From assembly GCA_043778225.1 (NCBI GenBank), contig JAYWGM010000028.1:1-64000 (forward strand): a stretch of 64,000 bases of DNA, read 5' to 3'. Source of the stretch: Deinococcales bacterium (lineage in GTDB: Bacteria > Deinococcota > Deinococci > Deinococcales > JAAFIG01). Below are positions 19,990-30,326 of the stretch, piece by piece. The position numbers were made by a program, and so were the translations under genes. Numbering within the stretch: position 1 is the first letter of the stretch; every line of letters begins with the position of its first letter. Below the pieces are notes generated by a model. The model saw only the letters and a program-made list of their open reading frames with translations, ran no database searches and had not been told where the DNA came from.

Positions 19990-21426
19990 ATGTATCAATC
20001 AGTTGCACGTCAAGCCCTTTTCGCTGGTGGTTGGCAGACACTCGAGAAAACTTTTCCTGTCATTAACCCATTCGATGGTAGCACCGTAGCCCAAATTGCC
20101 GACTGTGGCGAACTCGAAGCCAAAGAAGCCCTCGAGGCAGCCGTTACGGCATTCTCGAGCTTTAAGAATACCTTGGGGTTTGAGCGCAGTATCATCATGC
20201 AAAAATGGGCAGCCCTGATTCGTGCCAATGCCGAAGAAATCGCCAAAACCATGACCCTCGAAATGGGTAAGCCAATGCTCGAGTCTCGCGGCGAAAGTAT
20301 TTATTCTGCCACGGCAATCGAGTGGTACGCCGCCGAAGCCGAACGGATTGCTGGTGAGATTGTTCCAAGTCGCTTTGCCCAAAAACGGGCTTTTACCCGT
20401 CCTGAACCTGTGGGTGTGGTTTACGCCATCACCCCTTGGAATTTTCCTGCGGCGATGATTGCCCGTAAAGTTGCGCCCGCTTTAGCGGCTGGTTGCGTGG
20501 TGGTTCTTAAACCCGCCGAGCAGTCGCCGCTAACAGCCCTACTTTTGGCAAAGCTCTGGCTCGAGGCTGGAGCGCCAAAAGACACCTTCCAAGTGCTGCC
20601 CTGCCAAGACCCGATTAAGGTTTCTCGGGTTTTTATGACCGATGCTCGAGTTCGTAAAATTACCTTTACTGGTAGTACCGAAGTCGGCAAGCTGCTCTAT
20701 GCCCAAGCTGCACCAACCCTCAAACGAATGTCGCTCGAGTTGGGTGGTCATGCGCCATTTATTGTTTTTGATGATGCAGATGTGGTGGCAGCCGCCCTGA
20801 CGGTTTCTAATTCTAAATTTAGAAACGCAGGTCAGCAGTGTGTGGCAAGTAACCGTGTCTATGTTCACGAGAATCTGTCCTCGAGTTTTGAGGCAGCATT
20901 TGCCGCCCAAGCCAAGGGTTTTAAGCTCGGCAATCCGCTTGATGCCGACACCACGATTGGTCCGTTGGTGGATAAGGCAACCTTAGATAAAGTCCAAAGC
21001 CATGTGCAAGATGCCGTGGCAAAAGGCGCAAAAATTGTGACGGGCGGTCATGCGATTGGTGGACTTTTTTTTGAACCGACAATTTTATCTGGGGTCAACA
21101 CTTCGATGCAAATTCTGACCGAGGAAACCTTTGGTCCAGTTGCACCGCTTGTGCCGTTCTCGAGCGAAACCGATGCGATCACTTGGGCAAACAACACCGA
21201 ATACGGCTTGGCAGCTTATATTTGGACAAAGGACATCGGGCGGGCGTACCGAGTCGCCGAAAGTCTTGACTATGGAATTGTTGGAGTCAACGACGGCGTG
21301 CCAAGTGCCATGGCACCTCAAGCGCCATTTGGTGGCATGAAATACTCTGGTTTTGGACGCGAAGGTGGGCGTTGGGGTCTCGAGGCGTTTTTAGAACTCA
21401 AATACATCAGCATTACCCTGCCTTAG
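19990..21426 (+). CDS. gabD: NAD(P)-dependent succinate-semialdehyde dehydrogenase
   Basis: ITPWNFP, KPAEQ, FTGSTEVG, LELGGHAP, FRNAGQQCV, EETFGP, GREG motifs. Confidence 0.88.
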   Translation: MYQSVARQALFAGGWQTLEKTFPVINPFDGSTVAQIADCGELEAKEALEAAVTAFSSFKNTLGFERSIIMQKWAALIRANAEEIAKTMTLEMGKPMLESRGESIYSATAIEWYAAEAERIAGEIVPSRFAQKRAFTRPEPVGVVYAITPWNFPAAMIARKVAPALAAGCVVVLKPAEQSPLTALLLAKLWLEAGAPKDTFQVLPCQDPIKVSRVFMTDARVRKITFTGSTEVGKLLYAQAAPTLKRMSLELGGHAPFIVFDDADVVAAALTVSNSKFRNAGQQCVASNRVYVHENLSSSFEAAFAAQAKGFKLGNPLDADTTIGPLVDKATLDKVQSHVQDAVAKGAKIVTGGHAIGGLFFEPTILSGVNTSMQILTEETFGPVAPLVPFSSETDAITWANNTEYGLAAYIWTKDIGRAYRVAESLDYGIVGVNDGVPSAMAPQAPFGGMKYSGFGREGGRWGLEAFLELKYISITLP

Positions 21427-21441
21427 GCTATACTTGCTTTT

Positions 21442-22014
21442 ATGGTCAAGACTGCTTCGATAGCCGATTTATATACCTTTTCTGGCAAAGCAGAATTGGT
21501 ACACGGGAGGTTGTTGAAAATGTCACCGACTGGTTTTTTGCCTGGGTTTGCCGCCGATGAAATTTACTCAAGTCTTCGGGTTTTTGCTCGAGCTTCGCGG
21601 CTTGGCTATGCTATGGCTGACGGTAAAGGGTTCTTGGTGGATTTACCGAATCGAAAATCCTTTAGTCCCGATGCAGCATTTATTCGCGGAGCGCATTCGG
21701 GTATGAAATTTTTTGACCGCGCTCCCACTTTTGCGGTAGAGGTTCGCTCAGAACACGATTATGGCAAAACCAGCGAACGTGAAATTGCTGCAAAAATAGC
21801 CGATTACTTGGTGGCTGGTACATTGGCGGTCTGGGATGTGGATTTGTTGGCAATTGAAGTGGTTCGACTTTATACAGCCACCAATCCAATTGTGCCACAA
21901 GTGTTTACTCGAGGCGATCTTGCCCACGCCGCCGAGGCTGTTCCAAATTGGTCTATGCCAGTCGAGGAGCTATTTCCATACCATGTGCCGTTTAGCGAAC
22001 ATGACCTCGAGTAA
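21442..22014 (+). CDS. Uma2-family endonuclease
   Basis: ELVHG, SPDAAF, FAVEVRS, KIADYLVAG motifs. Confidence 0.85.
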   Translation: MVKTASIADLYTFSGKAELVHGRLLKMSPTGFLPGFAADEIYSSLRVFARASRLGYAMADGKGFLVDLPNRKSFSPDAAFIRGAHSGMKFFDRAPTFAVEVRSEHDYGKTSEREIAAKIADYLVAGTLAVWDVDLLAIEVVRLYTATNPIVPQVFTRGDLAHAAEAVPNWSMPVEELFPYHVPFSEHDLE

Positions 22015-22095
22015 TACAATTTGGTAAAAGGTGCTTCTCAAGTCGAGTCCGATACTGTATATTGACCGAGTTCAAAAAACTCAGGAGGTTTTTTC

Positions 22096-23391
22096 ATGAA
22101 ACTAAAGACAATGGTTATGCTTGGTGGTCTTGGCTTGGCGGCTGGTGCATTGGCGCTATCGCAAGTTGGCGCTCAAGGCAGCACAATTCGGGTTTTTGCG
22201 GGTTCGACTTTGCGCCCAGATTTGCTGCAACCAATTTTTGACCGCTTTGAAAAGAAAACGGGTACAAAAGTGCTGCTCGAGTTGGGCGGTGCAACCTCGG
22301 AGTTGCAAGGTCAATACCTGACCACCGTACTTGGTGCAAAAGACCCGAGCCTCGATGTGATGCTGATTGATGTCATTCGCCCCGCCCAATATGTGGCTCA
22401 AGGCTGGCTCGAGCCACTCGATAAATACTTTGGTGGCGATACTGACCGCAAAGAATTTATTGATGGCTATTTACCCGGTCCAATCAAAGCCGACACAATT
22501 GGCAACGAACTCTATGCTTTACCCGCCACCACCGATGTGCAGTTCTTGTACTACCGTAAGGATTTACTCGAGAAGCACAATGTGGCTGTGCCGCGCACCT
22601 GGGAAGACCTGACCGAAGCTGCCCAAAAAATCTTGGCTGCCGAAAAGAATCCGAATTTGCAAGGTCTTAACTTCCAAGGCGCACCGATTGAAGGCGCAGT
22701 CTGTATGTTCTTGCAGCCATTCTGGGCGGCGGGTGGGGAATTCTTACAAAATGGCAAAGTCAACATCAACAATGAATTTGGCAGAAAAGCCCTCAATCTT
22801 TGGGTGGATTCAATCAACAAAACCAAAATTTCACCAGCTTTGATGGCAGAAGTCCGCACCGACGATAGCCGCCGCATGATGCAGCAAGGCAACGTGCTGT
22901 TCGGCTTAAATTGGGCATATGCTTGGGCGCATTTCCAAGGCAACGGCGGACCAACCTCAGGACCAACCAGCGTCAAAGGTAACATTGGCGTAACCAAACT
23001 GCCGATTTTCAAAGGCACAACGGCTGCCACCAGCACCTGCCAAGGTGGTTTCCAATGGGGTATCTCGAGTTACGGCAAAAATAAGCAAAAGGCTTTTGAC
23101 CTAATTCGCTATATGTCCGACACCAAAGCCCAAGAAGAATTCAGCATCAAAGGCGGTTTCTTGCCAGTTCGTAAGAGCCTCTACAACAACAACAATGTGC
23201 TTCGTGCCAACCCCCATTACGATGACCTTTACCCTGTGGTCTTGAAAGCCAAGCCACGCCCAGTGACCGCCAATTACCCTAAAGTTTCGGAAATCATTCG
23301 CAATAACGTCAATGCGGTGGTGGCTGGTTCAAAAACCGTCAATGCTGCACTAGCCGAAATGCAAGCCGCACTCGAGCCACTGGTTAAATAA
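22096..23391 (+). CDS. Sugar ABC transporter substrate-binding protein
   Basis: Signal peptide, LYYRKDLL, PRTWEDL, AGGAGG RBS. Confidence 0.88.
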   Translation: MKLKTMVMLGGLGLAAGALALSQVGAQGSTIRVFAGSTLRPDLLQPIFDRFEKKTGTKVLLELGGATSELQGQYLTTVLGAKDPSLDVMLIDVIRPAQYVAQGWLEPLDKYFGGDTDRKEFIDGYLPGPIKADTIGNELYALPATTDVQFLYYRKDLLEKHNVAVPRTWEDLTEAAQKILAAEKNPNLQGLNFQGAPIEGAVCMFLQPFWAAGGEFLQNGKVNINNEFGRKALNLWVDSINKTKISPALMAEVRTDDSRRMMQQGNVLFGLNWAYAWAHFQGNGGPTSGPTSVKGNIGVTKLPIFKGTTAATSTCQGGFQWGISSYGKNKQKAFDLIRYMSDTKAQEEFSIKGGFLPVRKSLYNNNNVLRANPHYDDLYPVVLKAKPRPVTANYPKVSEIIRNNVNAVVAGSKTVNAALAEMQAALEPLVK

Positions 23392-23401
23392 GATCGTGGC
23401 T

Positions 23402-24331
23402 ATGCCGTCACCTTCTGCGCCCCGAATTTCTCGGGGCGTTACTTTCTGGCAACGCCTGACCACTGGGCAACTGGCTGAGCGGGAGTTTGGCTGGTTGCTT
23501 TTAGCCCCTTCGTTTGTGTTGCTGATTGGCATTTTTTTATACCCAATGGTCAATGTTTTGCTGTTGACTTTTCGGGTACAAGATATTGCCAACCCCGCGA
23601 TTGTTAATTATAACCTCGAGAATTACTCGAGGTTATTCCAAGACCAAAGTTTTATTGCTGCCTTTTGGCGCACCCTTTGGTTTGGAGTGCTGACCGTGAT
23701 TGGTTCGTTTTTGGTCGGCTTACCTTTGGCGCTCCTTGCCAATGTTAAAACTGGTTGGCGCTGGGTCGTGCGGATTGCGCTGCTCTTGCCATGGGCAATG
23801 CCTCAAGTGATTACTGGAACGATGTTTGCTTGGATGTTCAATACCCAATTTGGTCTGTTTAACGACCTCTTGCTGCGTGCCAACCTGATTGAACAACCGA
23901 TTCGCTGGTTGCTGCAACCCGATACCCAAGTGATTGCCTTTGTGATTACCACCATCTGGAAAACCTCGAGTTTTGTGGCTTTGATTTTGCTTGGCGGGTT
24001 ACAAAGCATCCCACTCGAACTCGAGGAAGCTGCCACAGTAGACGGCGCAAGCAGTTGGCAAGTTTTTTGGCGCATTACGCTGCCACTTCTTCGCCCCGCG
24101 ATTGCGGTTGCCTTAATTTTCCGCACCCTCTCGGCGCTTCAAGTTTTTGATATTCCCTATGCCTTTAAGCAAGTTGGGGCGCTCAATCTCGAGACTTTAG
24201 GGATGTACATTCAAAAAACCACGGTCGAATTTACCGATTTTGGCTATGGCGCAACCGCCAGTCTTGGCTTATTTGTCTTAGCGCTGGTCATCACCGCTAT
24301 TTATGTGCGTTGGATACGCCCAGAGGATTAA
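23402..24331 (+). CDS. Sugar ABC transporter permease
   Basis: LLPWAMP, WKTSSF, EAATVDGAS motifs. Confidence 0.88.
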   Translation: MPSPSAPRISRGVTFWQRLTTGQLAEREFGWLLLAPSFVLLIGIFLYPMVNVLLLTFRVQDIANPAIVNYNLENYSRLFQDQSFIAAFWRTLWFGVLTVIGSFLVGLPLALLANVKTGWRWVVRIALLLPWAMPQVITGTMFAWMFNTQFGLFNDLLLRANLIEQPIRWLLQPDTQVIAFVITTIWKTSSFVALILLGGLQSIPLELEEAATVDGASSWQVFWRITLPLLRPAIAVALIFRTLSALQVFDIPYAFKQVGALNLETLGMYIQKTTVEFTDFGYGATASLGLFVLALVITAIYVRWIRPED

Positions 24332-24334
24332 ATC

Positions 24335-25162
24335 ATGCAGCTTTTTTTGAATCGCGCCTTTGTTGTTTTTGCCTTGGTTTTATTGGTTGTCAATGGCGTT
24401 TACCCAATGGCATGGGTTTTTCTGACCAGTTTTAAGAACGACATCGAGTTACAAACCAGCCCGATTTCGTACCTCCCACAAAGCTGGGCGCTGACCAACT
24501 ACGAACAAGTTTTTGTCCAGCAGCCATTTTTACGCTATTTTTTCAACAGCATTTTTGTTGCCAGCCTCAGCACTTTTGTCTGTGTGACGATTGCCGCACT
24601 GGCGGGTTATGCAATTGCTCGAGTCAATCTGCCACAACGCCGCCTGATTCAAACCCTGATTGTGGCTGCCAGTATTTTTCCTGTGGTCAGTTTAATTGTG
24701 CCGCTTTACCAAATGATGCGTTCTTTTGGTTGGCTCGGCACATACCTAAGTTTAATCGTACCGTATGCAGCTTTTAGCCTACCCATCAGCATTCTGACTT
24801 TAACTGCCTTTTTTCAGGGCATTCCCAAAGACCTCGAGGATGCCGCGATGGTCGATGGTTGCTCGAGATTTGGCGCTCTGTGGCGAATTATTATCCCACT
24901 GGCTGCGCCCGGGGTTGCGACTGCCAGTATTTTAGCCTTTGTCAATTCTTGGAACGAATTTTTATTGGCAGTCACCTTTGCCAGTAACCAAGCTACCCGC
25001 ACTGTGCCACCCGCCGTGGCGCTTTACCAAGGCGAATTTAGTTTCCCATGGGGTATTATCAGTGCTGCCATCACGATTGCAATTATTCCAATCATCACGA
25101 TAATTCTGGTCTTTCAACAAAAAATAATTTCTGGACTAACCGCCGGAAGCGTTAAGGGCTAG
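24335..25162 (+). CDS. Sugar ABC transporter permease
   Basis: EDAAMVDGC, WNEFL, GLTAGSVKG C-terminus. Confidence 0.88.
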   Translation: MQLFLNRAFVVFALVLLVVNGVYPMAWVFLTSFKNDIELQTSPISYLPQSWALTNYEQVFVQQPFLRYFFNSIFVASLSTFVCVTIAALAGYAIARVNLPQRRLIQTLIVAASIFPVVSLIVPLYQMMRSFGWLGTYLSLIVPYAAFSLPISILTLTAFFQGIPKDLEDAAMVDGCSRFGALWRIIIPLAAPGVATASILAFVNSWNEFLLAVTFASNQATRTVPPAVALYQGEFSFPWGIISAAITIAIIPIITIILVFQQKIISGLTAGSVKG

Positions 25163-25227
25163 GAGGAAGGAGGAAAGAGAAATAAAACCGCGCCTTTCCT
25201 CTTTTATCTTTCCTTTATACTAAACCT

Positions 25228-25707
25228 ATGAACCTCGAGACCCGCCTAAAAAACCCAGACCTAGACGATTTTGAACGCGAACTGCTCGAGACGGTGCGCG
25301 ATTATGGTTGGCAAGTGACGATGATTCCCGAAGACGACGAAGGCAGCGCTTTTGCGTTCTCGGTGGGGTTTGAGGGGACTTTGCAGCACCCTGAAATTAT
25401 TCTTTTCGGTCTTAAACTCGAGACGATGCACAGCCTAATAAATCACATTGGTGACAAGATAAAGTCTGGCTCGAGATTCGTGCATGGGCAAGTAGCAACA
25501 GATATTCTTACAGGGTATGAAGTGATGTTTGTGAATGTTCCAAAAAGCCATTACCCCGAGTTTCTTGGCACAGCCCAATGGTTTTATAAATCGGACGAAT
25601 TTACGGTACTGCAAATGATTTACCCTGACAGACTGCACCGTTTTCCTTGGCATGAAAAAGCCAATCCAAGGTTTCTCGAGCAACAACCGATCCTTGGAGT
25701 AAGATAA
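25228..25707 (+). CDS. DUF4262-like protein
   Basis: YGW.V, FAFSVG, HPEIILFGL, QMIYPD...FPW pattern. Confidence 0.7.
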   Translation: MNLETRLKNPDLDDFERELLETVRDYGWQVTMIPEDDEGSAFAFSVGFEGTLQHPEIILFGLKLETMHSLINHIGDKIKSGSRFVHGQVATDILTGYEVMFVNVPKSHYPEFLGTAQWFYKSDEFTVLQMIYPDRLHRFPWHEKANPRFLEQQPILGVR

Positions 25708-25723
25708 TCCGAAGAGGTGAATC

Positions 25724-25981
25724 ATGATTGCAGAACAACCCGAACCTATAACAGCCGAAAACACGGCTTTGCAACAGCTTTTGCTCGAGAAAGACCTCGA
25801 GATTCTGCGCCTTCAAAGCCGTAATCAGTTTTTAATACAATTACAACAACTCGAGAAAATACGCCTTAAAAACCCAAAAGGTAAATTTACGCAACTCATT
25901 GGAATTGGTACAGGTATATACGGAAAGACCTCAGCAGAAATAGATGCTAACCTACGAACAGAGCGTGATTCATGGGATTGA
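25724..25981 (+). CDS. Putative antitoxin partner of downstream PIN toxin
   Basis: C-terminal L.GIG.GIY...ID..LR.ERDSW; overlaps the PIN gene. Confidence 0.6.
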   Translation: MIAEQPEPITAENTALQQLLLEKDLEILRLQSRNQFLIQLQQLEKIRLKNPKGKFTQLIGIGTGIYGKTSAEIDANLRTERDSWD

Positions 25982-26424
25982 TGGAGGATTTACAGCAAAA
26001 AATAACTTATTTTGATACCAGTATTTTTGTCTACAGTGTTGAAAATAATCAGGAATTTGGATCAATTTGTCAGGAACTCATGCTTGGACTGGAAAACAAT
26101 CAATTGAATGCAATCACCAGCGAATTAACACTTTCTGAGGCATTGGTATTTCCTTTTCGCAACGCACACCTCGAAACACAACGCAAATATCAAGAAATCA
26201 TTGAAACATCAGGCAGTTTACTTGTCGTGCCAATTGTTCGGCACATCCTCATACGAGCCGCCGAACTTCGGGCAGGTCAGCCGAGCCTCAAAACACCTGA
26301 TGCAATTCATCTTGCAACTGCCCTCGAGACTGGTTGCGAAGTATTTCTAACCAATGATACTCGAATCAAAAGCCCTGACCTCGAGATTATTACACTCTCG
26401 AGTTTAATTTCTAAGCCCTCTTAA
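25972..26424 (+). CDS. VapC-like PIN toxin
   Basis: YFDTSIFVY, SELTLSE, LKTPDAIHLATA, LTND motifs. Confidence 0.85.
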   Translation: MGLMEDLQQKITYFDTSIFVYSVENNQEFGSICQELMLGLENNQLNAITSELTLSEALVFPFRNAHLETQRKYQEIIETSGSLLVVPIVRHILIRAAELRAGQPSLKTPDAIHLATALETGCEVFLTNDTRIKSPDLEIITLSSLISKPS

Positions 26425-26461
26425 AGTTGCATCTCAATACTTCTTATTTGAAAGGTAATGT

Positions 26462-27586
26462 ATGTCTGAACTTGATTTTCTTTGGTTTTGCACCCTCCAG
26501 CACGATGGCGAGTTTCTTGGAACAAAAGAACTCCCGCCGCGCCAACCAACCCTTGAGAGTATCGCTAATCTGATAGACACGGCTGGCGAAGTTGGTTTCT
26601 CGAGTCTTTTAACGGCGACCAATTACCACAGTTACCACGAGAATTTTACAGTGGCAACCGCCGCTTTGGCGCGTAGCCGCAACGCTGGGTTGTTGGTGGC
26701 GGTTCGCACTGGAATGTTTGACCCTGCGATGTACGCCAAAATGGTAGCAACGCTGGCGAATCTCTTTCCTAATCGGGTGCGGATTAACATTGTGACCGGC
26801 TCGAGTCTTGCCGAAAATGCGATGTATGGCGATTACAGCCCGCATGAAATGCGCTATGAACGTACCCACGAATTTATGAAGTTGCTGCGCTTATTCTGGG
26901 ATTCGCCAAGCGCAATAAACTACGAGGGCAAGCACTACAAGTACACCAGCAGCATTCTCGAGCCTAAACCGCCATATCGCATCCCCTTGTACTTTGGAGG
27001 CGCATCCGAAGCCGCCATGCGAATCGCCGCCGAACTAGCCGATGTGTACTTACTGTGGGGCGAACCCAAAGCGATGATTCAAACCCGAATTGACCGCATG
27101 AACGAACTGGGTCTCGAGTATGGGCGCAAAGTCAGTTATGGGCTTCGTACTCATGTGGTGGTACGTGAAACCGAGTCCGAGGCAATCGCCGCCGCCGAAC
27201 GCATGATTTCTAAAATTGACCCACAAATACGCGCCAATTTCGAGAAGAGTTATGCCAAAGTAGACAGCACCGGACAAGGCAATCAAATTAAAATTCTACA
27301 AGCTGCCCTCGAGAACAACGACTTTTTTATTGAGGATAATTTGTGGGCTGGTGTTGGGATGGCTCGAAGTGGTGTGGGCGTGGCTATCGTTGGCAATCCA
27401 CAACAAGTCGCCGCCAAAATTCAAGGCTATGTGGACATGGGCATCAGCAATTTTATTTTCAGTGGCTACCCGCACTTGGACGAATGTCGCCGCTTTGGTG
27501 AGCTTGTGATGCCACTGGTGAAGGGCGCAAGTTTCTCGAGTGGCAACCGCAAGTTATTTGATGTGGATGTTGCCCCAACGATTTAA
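26462..27586 (+). CDS. Luciferase-like flavin monooxygenase (SsuD-like)
   Basis: LVAVRTG, INIVTG, YFGGAS, ADVYLLWGEP, FIFSGYPHL motifs. Confidence 0.82.
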   Translation: MSELDFLWFCTLQHDGEFLGTKELPPRQPTLESIANLIDTAGEVGFSSLLTATNYHSYHENFTVATAALARSRNAGLLVAVRTGMFDPAMYAKMVATLANLFPNRVRINIVTGSSLAENAMYGDYSPHEMRYERTHEFMKLLRLFWDSPSAINYEGKHYKYTSSILEPKPPYRIPLYFGGASEAAMRIAAELADVYLLWGEPKAMIQTRIDRMNELGLEYGRKVSYGLRTHVVVRETESEAIAAAERMISKIDPQIRANFEKSYAKVDSTGQGNQIKILQAALENNDFFIEDNLWAGVGMARSGVGVAIVGNPQQVAAKIQGYVDMGISNFIFSGYPHLDECRRFGELVMPLVKGASFSSGNRKLFDVDVAPTI

Positions 27587-27774
27587 CCACCCAGATAAAT
27601 CGGGCTTTCAAACATATTCTCGAGCCGATGCGATTCTGCACCTAACTCGAGAACTTGGTTATGAAGTCGTTGTAACGCCCCAACGTCTCCAGCGCGGAGG
27701 TCAGCAATAATCTCGAGAACACCATTGGTTGTGCCTTGAAGATGCTCGAGTAACGATTCTTGATTGTGGTTCAT
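27583..27774 (-). CDS. Small hypothetical protein (63 aa), last gene of the ilvBN unit
   Basis: GGAGG RBS, helical amphipathic sequence. Confidence 0.5.
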   Translation of the reverse strand: MNHNQESLLEHLQGTTNGVLEIIADLRAGDVGALQRLHNQVLELGAESHRLENMFESPIYLGG

Positions 27775-27797
27775 ATCTGACCTCCAGAAAAACGAAT

Positions 27798-28349
27798 TTA
27801 GGCTTTTGCCGAATGGAGCGGATGCTCGAGCGCGTTGCTGATGCCTTCGTAAACTTGGCTGCTAATATCGGCATTGCTGCCTCGAGACAATGCCACACGA
27901 CCTGTTCGCATGGTTTCGATGATTCCGAACGGACGCATCTGCTGGATAAACGCCGTGATTTTGCCTTCGTCGCCTGTCACTTCAAAAACATAGGATTTAG
28001 AGCCAACATCCACATTCCGAGCGCGGAAATCCTCAGCAATCATCCGAATCTCGAGCCGTGTTTCGGGTAGCACTTTGACTTTAAGAAGCACCAATTCGCG
28101 GTCAACAAATTTTTCATGGGCATGGTTAATAACCTTTAGCACATCCTCGAGTTTTTCGAGTTGGCGCTGAATCTGGTCTGCCATGAATTCGGGGGCTTCG
28201 GCAATAAAGGTCATTCTCGAGATACCTGTTTCTTCGGTTGCACCCACCGACAAGGAATCGATGTTGTACCCACGCCGCGCAAACAGGCTGGTGACTCGAG
28301 TCAGGACACGTGGTTCGTCTTTCAGAAATGCACTAAAAATATGTTTCAT
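27798..28349 (-). CDS. ilvN: Acetolactate synthase small subunit
   Basis: LFARRGYNIDSLSVG, ISRMT, DRELVLLKV, RTGRVALSRG; GGAG RBS before ATG 28349. Confidence 0.93.
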   Translation of the reverse strand: MKHIFSAFLKDEPRVLTRVTSLFARRGYNIDSLSVGATEETGISRMTFIAEAPEFMADQIQRQLEKLEDVLKVINHAHEKFVDRELVLLKVKVLPETRLEIRMIAEDFRARNVDVGSKSYVFEVTGDEGKITAFIQQMRPFGIIETMRTGRVALSRGSNADISSQVYEGISNALEHPLHSAKA

Positions 28350-28375
28350 CAATTCTCCAATCGTTATCGGGTTTT

Positions 28376-28471
28376 CGTAGGGGCGGGCAACCATACCCGT
28401 TAAGTGCGTGTATATGGTCAAGAGACCCTCGTGGTCGCCCTGCCACACATCGTTTTTTTCTTGCCCTACGG
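28376..28471. repeat. REP-like palindromic element between ilvB and ilvN
   Basis: CGTAGGGGCGGGCAA...GACCCTCGTGGTCGCCC...TTGCCCTACG, with GTAG-led termini in inverted orientation. Confidence 0.5.
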
Positions 28472-28484
28472 TTAAATCTGTTTT

Positions 28485-30182
28485 TTAGGCTGGAACGAGT
28501 TCTCGAGCCTCGAGAAATTTCGGATCGTCGTCAAGCATTTCATCGAGTCCTTTACCGGCAGGAACCATTGGGAACACATTGGCTTCTTGTGGCACACGCA
28601 CCTCGAGTACCGCAGGTCCGTCGACGTTTAACCAGTCCTGTATGGCTTTCTCGAGGTCACTTGGGTTATCGGCAGCAAATCCGGGGATTCGGTAAGCACT
28701 GGCTAAAATCGGGAAGTCTGGGTTTGAATCCTCGAGATACACTTCGCTATAGCGCTTGCTGTGGAACATTTCTTGCCATTGGCGAACCATGCCCAAGTAG
28801 CCGTTGTTAATAACGGCAAATTTTACTGGAATATCGTATTTGCGTAAAGTCGCCAGTTCTTGGATGGTCATTTGGCTCGAGCCATCGCCAGCAATACCAA
28901 TGACCCGCACACCTTTGGCATCTCCGCCGTCGTGTGCGCCAATCGCTACGGCTGCACCCATGGCGGCGGGTAAACAAAAGCCCATTGTGCCAGCCCCACC
29001 ACTATTACTCCATTTGCGTGGTTGCTCAAACGGGTGGAGTTGAGCCGTCAGCATTTGGTGCTGCCCAACATCTGAAACCACAATATCGTTACCATTGAGT
29101 TGGCTCGAGATCATCTTAATTGCTTCGGCTGCCCCCCATGTTGGGCGCTTGGGTTGTCTGGCTTGCCAGTCGGTCAGTTTTGTCCACCATTGGGGGGTCT
29201 CGAGGTGCGTGACTTGGTGCGTCAGGGCTTCAAGCGCCGCCGCCGCATCAGCATGAATCGGAATAAAAGCTGGAATAAGTTTGTTGTGTTCGGCGGTATC
29301 TATGTCTATATGGATAATCTGGGCATTCTTAGCAAATCGGCTGGTTTTTCCAGTCACGCGGTCATCGAAACGCATTCCAAGTCCAATCAGAACATCGCAC
29401 TGCGAAATGGCGCGGTTACTAGCAACACTGCCGTGCATTCCGGGCATTCCAAGCCATTGCGGGTCTGAGGCTGGGAAATTTCCGAGTCCCATCAAGGTAG
29501 TAATCACGGGCATTCCAGTCTTTTTGGCAAACTCGAGAATTTGCGGCGCGGCATCACATGAACCACCACCGACAATTAAAAGCGGTTGCTTAGCACTTTT
29601 TATCAGGGCAACGGCTTTGGCAATGATTTCTGGGTCTGGCTCGAGCCGTGGCGGTTTGGCGTGCGGTTGGACAATCTCAGCATTGGTTTGAGCTTGTTGG
29701 ACATCCTTAGGAATATCCACCAGCACCGGACCTGGACGACCCTCGAGCGCAATCGCAATGGCTTTGGCAACGGTTCTCGAGACATCATCAGCGTTGCGTA
29801 CCAAAAAATTATGCTTGGTGATTGGCATGGTGATACCAGTAATGTCTGCTTCTTGGAAGGCATCCGTGCCAAGAAGTGGACTTGGGACATTGCCTGTGAT
29901 GGCTAGAATCGGCAAGCTGTCCAGCATCGCATCGGCTAGAGCAGTCACAAGGTTAGTTGCGCCCGGTCCAGAAGTTGCCATGCAGACCCCAAGCCCACCA
30001 GTTGCCCTCGCGTAGCCTTCGGCAGCATGACCGCCGCCTTGTTCATGGCGCACCAGAATATGTTGAATTGGGCTGTCGTAAAGCGCATCGTACACAGGCA
30101 TGATTGCCCCGCCGGGATGTCCAAAAATATGGCGGACACCATGCGCTTCGAGGGTTTTTAAGAGGGCTTCTGAACCAGTCAT
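28485..30182 (-). CDS. ilvB: Acetolactate synthase large subunit
   Basis: FGHPGGA, RHEQGG, TSGPGATN, DAFQE, GMHG, RFDDRVTG, GDGS...NN TPP motif. Confidence 0.95.
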   Translation of the reverse strand: MTGSEALLKTLEAHGVRHIFGHPGGAIMPVYDALYDSPIQHILVRHEQGGGHAAEGYARATGGLGVCMATSGPGATNLVTALADAMLDSLPILAITGNVPSPLLGTDAFQEADITGITMPITKHNFLVRNADDVSRTVAKAIAIALEGRPGPVLVDIPKDVQQAQTNAEIVQPHAKPPRLEPDPEIIAKAVALIKSAKQPLLIVGGGSCDAAPQILEFAKKTGMPVITTLMGLGNFPASDPQWLGMPGMHGSVASNRAISQCDVLIGLGMRFDDRVTGKTSRFAKNAQIIHIDIDTAEHNKLIPAFIPIHADAAAALEALTHQVTHLETPQWWTKLTDWQARQPKRPTWGAAEAIKMISSQLNGNDIVVSDVGQHQMLTAQLHPFEQPRKWSNSGGAGTMGFCLPAAMGAAVAIGAHDGGDAKGVRVIGIAGDGSSQMTIQELATLRKYDIPVKFAVINNGYLGMVRQWQEMFHSKRYSEVYLEDSNPDFPILASAYRIPGFAADNPSDLEKAIQDWLNVDGPAVLEVRVPQEANVFPMVPAGKGLDEMLDDDPKFLEARELVPA

Positions 30183-30279
30183 GATTTTCTCCTGTGCAAC
30201 TTTGAATAATCTAATACCAAACGTACTATTTGACCTTTTTACCTTTTTACCTTTTTACCTAAGCCCTTTGTCTCGAGTG

Positions 30280-30306
30280 AAAAAAACCCCCGCTTGTGGC
30301 GGGGGT
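30280..30306 (-). terminator. ilv attenuator terminator
   Basis: ACCCCCGC-CACAA-GCGGGGGT followed by a T run on the minus strand. Confidence 0.9.
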
Positions 30307-30326
30307 CGCTTGGCTAAAATCTGGTA

